Origin: Antedon mediterranea
Lineage: Eukaryota > Animalia > Echinodermata
Length of the DNA: 64,000 nt
Direction: 5' to 3'
Assembly: GCF_964355755.1 (NCBI RefSeq)
Contig: NC_092679.1
Span: 4,680,201-4,744,200 of the forward strand
Shown here: positions 57,061 to 64,000 of the stretch, piece by piece
Numbering within the stretch: the stretch's first letter is position 1
Layout of the letters: every line of letters starts with the position of its first letter
Translations under genes and position numbers: made by a program
The notes under the pieces: model-generated
The model's input: only the letters and a program-made list of their open reading frames with translations
Told to the model about the DNA's origin: nothing
Database searches by the model: none

Positions 57061-59737
57061 GTAGGTAATCCATGGACGGATCCCCATGGACAATATCCCA
57101 GCTAGATTGATGGTTCTAGGCTATAGCCTAGCTAGGCCTACCTAGTAGTAGTTAGGCTAGGCCTGGCCTACCTTATTAAGTTATTACATTAGTTAGGCTA
57201 GTAGGCCTACTAGGCTAGGTAGTACCTAGTAGGCCTACTAGCCTAGGCTAACCTAGAGGTAGGTCTAGGTCTCTCTAGAGACTAGGCCTAGGCTAGTCCA
57301 TGAAGGGGCCTACACTACAGCGTCGGCCTCTAGTATGATGAGTAGACCTCTCTTTCTTTGGAGAATCATCACGTCTGATAGACCAACAACACATTCTCCT
57401 CCGTTACTTTATTATTAGGCCTCACTCATGTTATGTTGTTTATAGGAATCTAGGCCTAATAATATTAATAAAAATAATATAATTTTTATTTGTCAGTCAG
57501 GCATAGAAAAAGAAATTCTAATCATTCATTTTATTTATAACTTTTGATGTTTTGTAGGTGACAATGGAAGCAATTTCCACTCGTGGATTCGTGATACTTT
57601 AGGAGAGGAGCTTTCTTTTCCACACCTGCAGGTTATTTACCCAACAGCGCCATCTCGGTAAATAGTTTGACAATGATCCAGGATATATCTGGAACCAACT
57701 TTTTTGAACACGAGTAAAAAATAAAAGGCCAAATCCAACCCTAGCACTATCCCCCGCACCCCCACCCTTTTTGTTGATGTCTATTTTTGGCAGACTATAA
57801 ATATTATATATTGTAGCGCTCTACCCATTAAAAAAATCCTGGATCCGTACCCCTGAAGGACTAAAATAAATGTTATTTTAATATAATAACATAATGTACT
57901 TTTGGACGGGGTTAACACTGATATGGCAAGATAATAATACTGTATTGTCCCATTGCCACTCCTGAGGACGATCAAAGCATATTGATCGAATCGTCGAGAA
58001 ACTCAACAGTTCTTTTCAGAACTAATACACGTAGTGTACCACAAACATTATATCAACAGAGATAATAATATCTTTACTTCTTATTATATTAAGGAATTAA
58101 AAGGTTCTGTTTTATAATTAGGCCCTACACATTATCAGGTGGTATGCTTAGTAATGTATGGTTCGATCGATATGCATTGGAATACGAAACACATGAAGAC
58201 ACGGACTCAATAAATCACATGACTGACGAGATAAGCAAACTTATACAAGATCAAGTAAACAAGGGTATACCAGAAAATCGCATCTTTTTAGGTAATTTTA
58301 CCTAAAACTCTCATATGTGGCAGGCGATGAGAAAGATGTTCATGCCAAAGTATAATGCACTTGTCAATTGTATGACCCCCGTGAGAGGTGCGTCATTTAC
58401 AAATACCTGTAATTACAAAAAACCTAGAAGGTACGTCACATCAATGAACAATGGTGTGTCAATGTCCGGCACTTTACCATAAAAACATGGTCACAGTGCG
58501 TCAAAATGGGTGTGTCATGGCCACCTAAATGTAAGTAACATTATTTACACACGGGTGCGTCATGGTATTTATAAGGTATGACGCACATTGGACAAATGAC
58601 GCACCTCTCCCGGGGGTCTTATAGTGGGTCATACAATTGACAAGTGCATAAATAAGACTCTCGGCAGCCAGAGAGAGAGAAATCATCAGTACCGGTACAC
58701 CTAAGGGATCCATCGGAATAGATGTAGTTCAATTTTATTAAAACATGACCGAGATCATGTTATATTGTTTTGAATTCGATTAAAGAAATGAAATAAAAAT
58801 GCATTAAATACAAGTCTTCTAGAGTGGTTTAGTAAGCTTTAGGTAGTGTTTAGCAAGTTCTCCATGTTAACTCTTATGCACACATACGCCTTAATATCCT
58901 GTCCAAAAGATGAGGCAATAAAGCGTGGTTCTCGCTAGCAACGCAACACAAGGACGTAACGCAACACAAGTGAATTGACCAATCACAAGCGATGGCTTAT
59001 TCGCTTGTGATTGCTAACTGTCTATAACTTCGCCTGTCATTGGTTAAAACGCTTGCGTTGCGTTTACGTCCTTGCGTTACGTTCTAGTGGGAACCAAGCT
59101 TAAGAAATTAGGATTTTCGCTGTACCGTATTGTATATATTAAATGGCGCGGTATTAATAAAACGTTTTTGCTGTTTTGTTTTTTTCATAGGTGGGTTTTC
59201 AATGGGTGGCTCTATGTCTCTTCATGTTGCGTTCAATCAACATACATCTATAGCTGGAGTTTTCACTTTATCGTCATATTTATATCAAGAATCTTTGGTT
59301 TATAAGGTTTGCATTAGTTTTAAACATTTAAAACAAAACAAAAGTGGTTTGTTGAAAAACCAATACGTGTAGTACCAATGTAATAATAAGGTTATATTGC
59401 ATGATAAAGCATATAACCTAATGAGCAAATTTCAAAATTGGATAGATTGCTTGGTGGGCATGTAGCTGCTTGTTTTATCAACGTTGAAATATTATATTTT
59501 TTACAGGCTTTACAAAAGCATAAAGGCCGTCTACCGCCATACTTTGCCTGCCATGGCGATGCTGATGACCTGGTGAAATACAGCTGGGGGAAATTAACAG
59601 TAGAGCGCCTTCAAGAGAAGTACAACATTCAAACAGAGTTCCACTCCATTCCTGGTTTAGACCATCAACTCCATCAAGGTTCAATTAAGAAACTAAAATC
59701 ATGGATTTTAAATATTTTACCTAATTCGGATTCTTAA
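56952..59737 (+). CDS. LYPLAL1: Lysophospholipase-like 1 (acyl-protein thioesterase family alpha/beta hydrolase), 5 exons, 241 aa
   Basis: Exons 56952-57060, 57558-57657, 58122-58291, 59191-59306, 59507-59737 (726 nt, GT-AG, in phase). Motifs LHGSGD, IYPTAP.RPYT, VWFDR, GGFSMGG (Ser), HGDADDLV (Asp), GLDHQL (His). Confidence 0.95.
57558..57657 (+). CDS. LYPLAL1: LYPLAL1 exon 2 (DNGSNFHSWIRDTLGEELSFPHLQVIYPTAPS)
   Basis: GT-AG, 100 nt. Confidence 0.93.
57935..58055 (+). mobile_element. Penelope-associated repeat with degenerate minimal hammerhead; 3' part repeated at ~20014-20073
   Basis: ctc-CTGAGGA-c-gatcaa[agcata]ttgatc-GAAT-c-GTC-gag, then aactcaacagttcttttcagaact...gtgtaccacaaac shared with 20014-20073. 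Confidence 0.65.
58122..58291 (+). CDS. LYPLAL1: LYPLAL1 exon 3 (PYTLSGGMLSNVWFDRY...GIPENRIFL)
   Basis: GT-AG, 170 nt. Confidence 0.94.
58355..58649. mobile_element. MITE with 24-bp perfect TIRs (LYPLAL1 intron 3)
   Basis: atgcacttgtcaattgtatgaccc / gggtcatacaattgacaagtgcat; inner gagaggtgcgtcattt also inverted. Confidence 0.85.
58921..59101. mobile_element. MITE family B copy 2 (LYPLAL1 intron 3)
   Basis: Near-identical to 27371-27552. Confidence 0.88.
59191..59306 (+). CDS. LYPLAL1: LYPLAL1 exon 4 (GFSMGGSMSLHVAF...ESLVYK)
   Basis: GT-AG, 116 nt, GXSXG nucleophile elbow. Confidence 0.95.
59507..59737 (+). CDS. LYPLAL1: LYPLAL1 exon 5 (ALQKHKGRLPPYFACHGDADDLV...ILPNSDS*)
   Basis: ttacag acceptor, TAA stop; candidate AATAAA at 60096-60101. 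Confidence 0.94.
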   Translation, partial: ALQKHKGRLPPYFACHGDADDLVKYSWGKLTVERLQEKYNIQTEFHSIPGLDHQLHQGSIKKLKSWILNILPNSDS

Positions 59738-59792
59738 ATCACACTGATGCATGTATAAGCCCATCCTTTGGTATAAGCCCACCATGGAGTAT

Positions 59793-59915
59793 AAGGCTCT
59801 GCCTACACTGTCAAACTAATAAAAAGTATGATGTACCCAAATATGGTAGTGATATGACATCATCATGTTCATATATGGGCACATCACATTTCTTTGTCAC
59901 GTCAAGTTTCAGTGT
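59793..59915. mobile_element. MITE family A copy in LYPLAL1 3' UTR
   Basis: ggctctgcctacactgtcaaact start plus core. Confidence 0.8.
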
Positions 59916-62900
59916 GGGAAATTCGTACTACAGTATTATAGAAATATTAGAAAATTATTATATATTGTGCATGTATGTCAAATGTAGTTGAAAAATACTA
60001 AAGTATTATTGTACATAACTTATTAACCAGATAGTTGATGAGTCAAGTAGTTATATATATGGTGGATATATTTTTACATGTATGTATCTGAACAAAATAA
60101 ATAGGTAAAAATTTGTTATATTTGTGTATAGTCTTTGTCTGTGCATTTAGGCCAACTTTCTTACGCTTTAAAACCTTCAATTATATACTGCAGAACCTCT
60201 ATTAAGGGGACATCTTTCTGTTTCATGTGTATGTGAATTCTGTAATATGATTGGTCAATCAGAAAATTAATACGATACAGTTGAGCTATCGCGATAGCAG
60301 TTAGGCCTAGCTATATTAACTGAAGAGATCAAAATCGTTGCGCCTGGCTTCTTCTTAAATTCAGCAAATATCTACGTTGTGGTTCCATGATCCATTCGGC
60401 CTCCAGAACATAGATATTTCCTGTATTCTGTGAAAGCGCAAGGTGTAAATTATATTATATTAGTTCATATAAAACAACAAGAAATACATGTACTAGTGGT
60501 TAGCTTGACATTGCAATATTTATTCAGTAGGATAGAGAAGCTGTGGATGCAATAACCCAGTACACCATACTTTAGTACTAAAAATATCACACTGACATAC
60601 AATAACGAAGTGCTGGCCTTCTTTTGGAATTGTATAAAAAACCTCCAGTGCTAGCGAGGCATCGACATAATACATTGAAAATAATCATAACTTTATAAAA
60701 TTAAAAACTATAAAATGAAAAACAATTTCTAAAATCAATCCCACAGTATTACGTGATATTGTGATATTAGAACTGAACTTACCAGATATTCTATGCGAAT
60801 TATAAATTTCATTTACAAAACAAGTCTATATAGCTAAGCTAAGGCCACTGGTATTGGGTGGTTCACACTCGAGCCGAGTGGTGCTTCAGATGTGTACCAT
60901 CCCTATGATCTAGAATGTTTTCACTAACAGTAACATTAACTATTCAGTTTCCCGACATTGGCAGTGTCTGTAAAACACATATTTTGTGACTCTACACATA
61001 TTATGGTGTGAAATATCGTTATCACATTTAACTTACAAGAAATTGTACAAGTACCACTGAGTTTTTTTTTTCTGAGTATAAGAAGCTACATTTAAGTATA
61101 AAGTACTGACATATGCAATTAGATGACCGCGAACATACATGAATAGGAGAAGAACTTTTAAAACTAAAATTTAACAACGGAACTAAATCAAAATGGAGAA
61201 ACTGGATTTGGTTTTTAAATTTCTAATATTTTGTATTCAACCCACCCTTCCTGAAATATAATATCATAAAAAAGTGTTCTTCGATTGCCCAACTTTAATG
61301 ACCAGAAACAGTTAAAAAAATCAATTTTTACAATAAAAAAGAAAAAAAATTCAAGTGCATACATATAAATAAGTATGGAAACAGGGATGAGATGCATATT
61401 TTCGTCAAACACGAAAGCGTCTTTCGTTTAGCTTCCACAAACCCCTTTATATGCTAAATTATTATTATAAAATGTTTATTATTTTACTGTGTATTGTAAT
61501 GGTTAATAAAACCTATTTTTAGTGTGAACATTTCCAAAACATAAGCCCAAGTATTACATGTGCGCTGTTTTAGTGACCAGGAAATTTCTTAACTTAGAGG
61601 TTGTAAGTTATCCATTACCGTGAACAAATCAGAGTAAAATAAATTTAATCCTTGACCCAATAATTTTTTTACGTTTCGGCAAAATCACAAAATATACAAA
61701 CTAGTTTTATTTATAATCTTACAAAAAGTGGGGATTAAAATCTAAGCACAGATATTGATACAAAACAAGTTGATGGGCAATAAGGCGTATTGTGGTTCAA
61801 ATATCGTTACAAGGATCTCACTACATTCAAACCATTGTTACCAATACGCCGATCATTTTAGATGGGGGGTGGGGGAGAGTACCCCAATAAATTTGCAAAG
61901 CATAAAAAAAATTCCTAAAACCGGGGTTCTGAGATGCAAAGTTGCTAGAATGTATTAGTATGCGCCGAAAAATGGAGAACACCCCCTTTTCTCAAAATGT
62001 AGGTCCCCGTTCCCATCCCAGGATCTTCGCTAGTGGGAATACACTTAATCCTCATTTTCAAACAAACAAAAATATTTTACTTCTGTGCTATACTATGTAC
62101 AAGGTGAAAGTGTAAGGCAGATATTAAATTAAAAAACAAAATGGATACAGTAACTCCTAAACTGATGTAACAAATATTGCAAGAAATCACTCAAAAAATG
62201 TACAAAAACAATAATAAGTGTCATTTTAGTACTAAAGAAAAACAACCATTAACTATAAGAAAAACCCTGTTTTCAGACAGCATAATGTACAACATTGGAT
62301 TTAAAGAAACATGATACTACAAATTGCTATACTAAAACTAATTTTATCTCATCTCAACATGCTGATAGGCAGGTCTAAAATAGCTATGCAGCAAGCGAGG
62401 TGCATCTGGGCCGTGTTGATGGTGGAGTGTATCGGTCAGTTGTTTACCTCCAATATTCACATCAATCTTGCCCATCCTGTACACCCCCATTTACCTTCAC
62501 GTTCAAATTCACTTACAGAAATATGTATGTGTCTATTAAATCTAATAAGCATATATACAATATTTTTTCGAAAACAAATTATTAATTTAAATATATTTGC
62601 TCTGGCATTGTACATATTCTCAACCCCGTTTAGTAATGAATCCCTTAAAAATCTTTTTGAAGATATTCTCAACCATCCAAATATGGTAGGCAACTATCTA
62701 AATATTGTAGTCAACCATCATCCAGATATGGTAGTTGATTATCCAAATATGGTAGTCAGCCATTCAAATTTGGTAGTCCTTAAAAGGAAAGTCATTTATC
62801 TACGTCTGATATTAAATACATGAATTCTCCGCAAGCTACCTAAAACCTAGTGCAATCCAATCATTACGTCAACAATTATAATAAGGCTTAGATTATACAT

Positions 62901-63653
62901 ACGATCTATTTGCAATCTTATAAGATATAAGGAGAATTAGTTATTTTAAGAAGCCATATCCAAAAATAAATCAGCAGATATGAACAAAGTTGATACATAT
63001 TCAAGCAGTTAGGTAGCTGACAACCTAAGCAGATTTCCAACATCCTTTGTGAGATTATTACTTGCAAAAAAGTGGTAAGCAAAACGTGGAAAAACTGTCA
63101 GGAGCCAAATGATATAATACAGTGAAGACAGGACACATAGATGTTTACTTCTAATGGATCGCTTCGAGAATTAAACAACATTTGTTGCGCCGCCACTGAA
63201 AAAAAAAGGAATTTATTATTAGAATAATAATTTATATAGGTTTATCTGTTACTATCACACATTTCTATAAAGCAGATAGTAAAGGTCGCAGCTATTAGAG
63301 GTCGCAGATTAAAGGTCACAGCATACAGTAGATTCAACTGATTGAGTTCAACAGTTTGAGAAATTTTGGCAATGATACGAATTACATAGTTGACATTATT
63401 AACTAGGAACCAATGAGTGTTGTAAATTAAGCAGAATTTAGTAGTTTTTTTCGGACAACACTATATTGACCTTTAAAACTTATATTAATAGTTAATTATT
63501 TATTAGTTTATAAGTAAACCATTTACTATTAAATTATTAAAAACAAGCAAAGCATCAATACACTGTACTGCAGGGAATATTTTCATTAACAAATTTTGCT
63601 AATTCAATATGAATTTGAGTACAAAACAGAGTTTTATCAGAGAAGAGAGAATT

Positions 63654-63795
63654 AAGCTCTGTCTACACTATCAAACCAGTTTGGAAAAAAAAGTGTGATG
63701 TGCTCAAATATGGTAGTGATATACCTAAATATGGTAGTGATATGACATGTCCATATATGAGCACATCACATTTTTTTTATTCCATAAGGTTTATA
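63654..63795. mobile_element. MITE family A copy (right TIR degraded)
   Basis: aagctctgtctacactatcaaac plus core. Confidence 0.8.
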
Positions 63796-64000
63796 TTGCA
63801 TTTCTGGCTACGCCATTTGATAAATACACTGTATAATAGTATTGTGTAGCATTTGGCTATGCGAAAATCTTCCCTGTAGGTGCATGCATACAGTTTTATT
63901 AAAGCTCAAATACATTGGATTTAACATAAATAAGTTATGCACAATCTCCATATACACAGGACAAAAATCAAACATGTTTTCTAGTTTCACTTATTTCTAT

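Noticed and set aside
57335-57378. Box C (ATGATGA) and box D (CTGA) pair in LYPLAL1 intron 1
   Set aside because: Only ~44 nt apart, with no convincing terminal stem or recognisable rRNA guide.
62311-62823. 170-aa plus-strand ORF
   Set aside because: Low complexity; its 3' part is made of MITE-A-like ccaaatatggtag repeats; no recognisable family.

Overview
AT-rich, intron-rich animal genomic DNA from an invertebrate. A deuterostome such as an echinoderm is my guess and is not proven. Most ORF-track entries are spurious, because the real genes are spliced. I assembled two head-to-head genes by hand using GT-AG sites and phase arithmetic. (1) A tubulin polyglutamylase TTLL5 orthologue on the minus strand: 28 coding exons from ATG 52367 to a donor at 2217 (about 1,297 codons), probably continuing beyond the left edge, plus a likely non-coding first exon near 56752. 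(2) A complete 5-exon LYPLAL1 orthologue on the plus strand (56952-59737, 241 aa). They share a ~200-bp bidirectional promoter with X-box/RFX-, forkhead-, ZNF143- and YY1-like motifs. The introns hold several MITE families, tRNA-derived SINEs, L2-type LINE tails and minisatellites. The main observations are: the TTLL5|LYPLAL1 pairing, which looks like the ancestral arrangement of the vertebrate TGFB3/TGFB2 neighbourhoods; several Penelope-type minimal hammerhead ribozyme relics; intronic duplicates of TTLL5 exon ends and candidate alternative last exons; and hairpin elements clustered just behind splice donors. I found no prokaryotic-type system and cannot claim a wholly new system from sequence alone.
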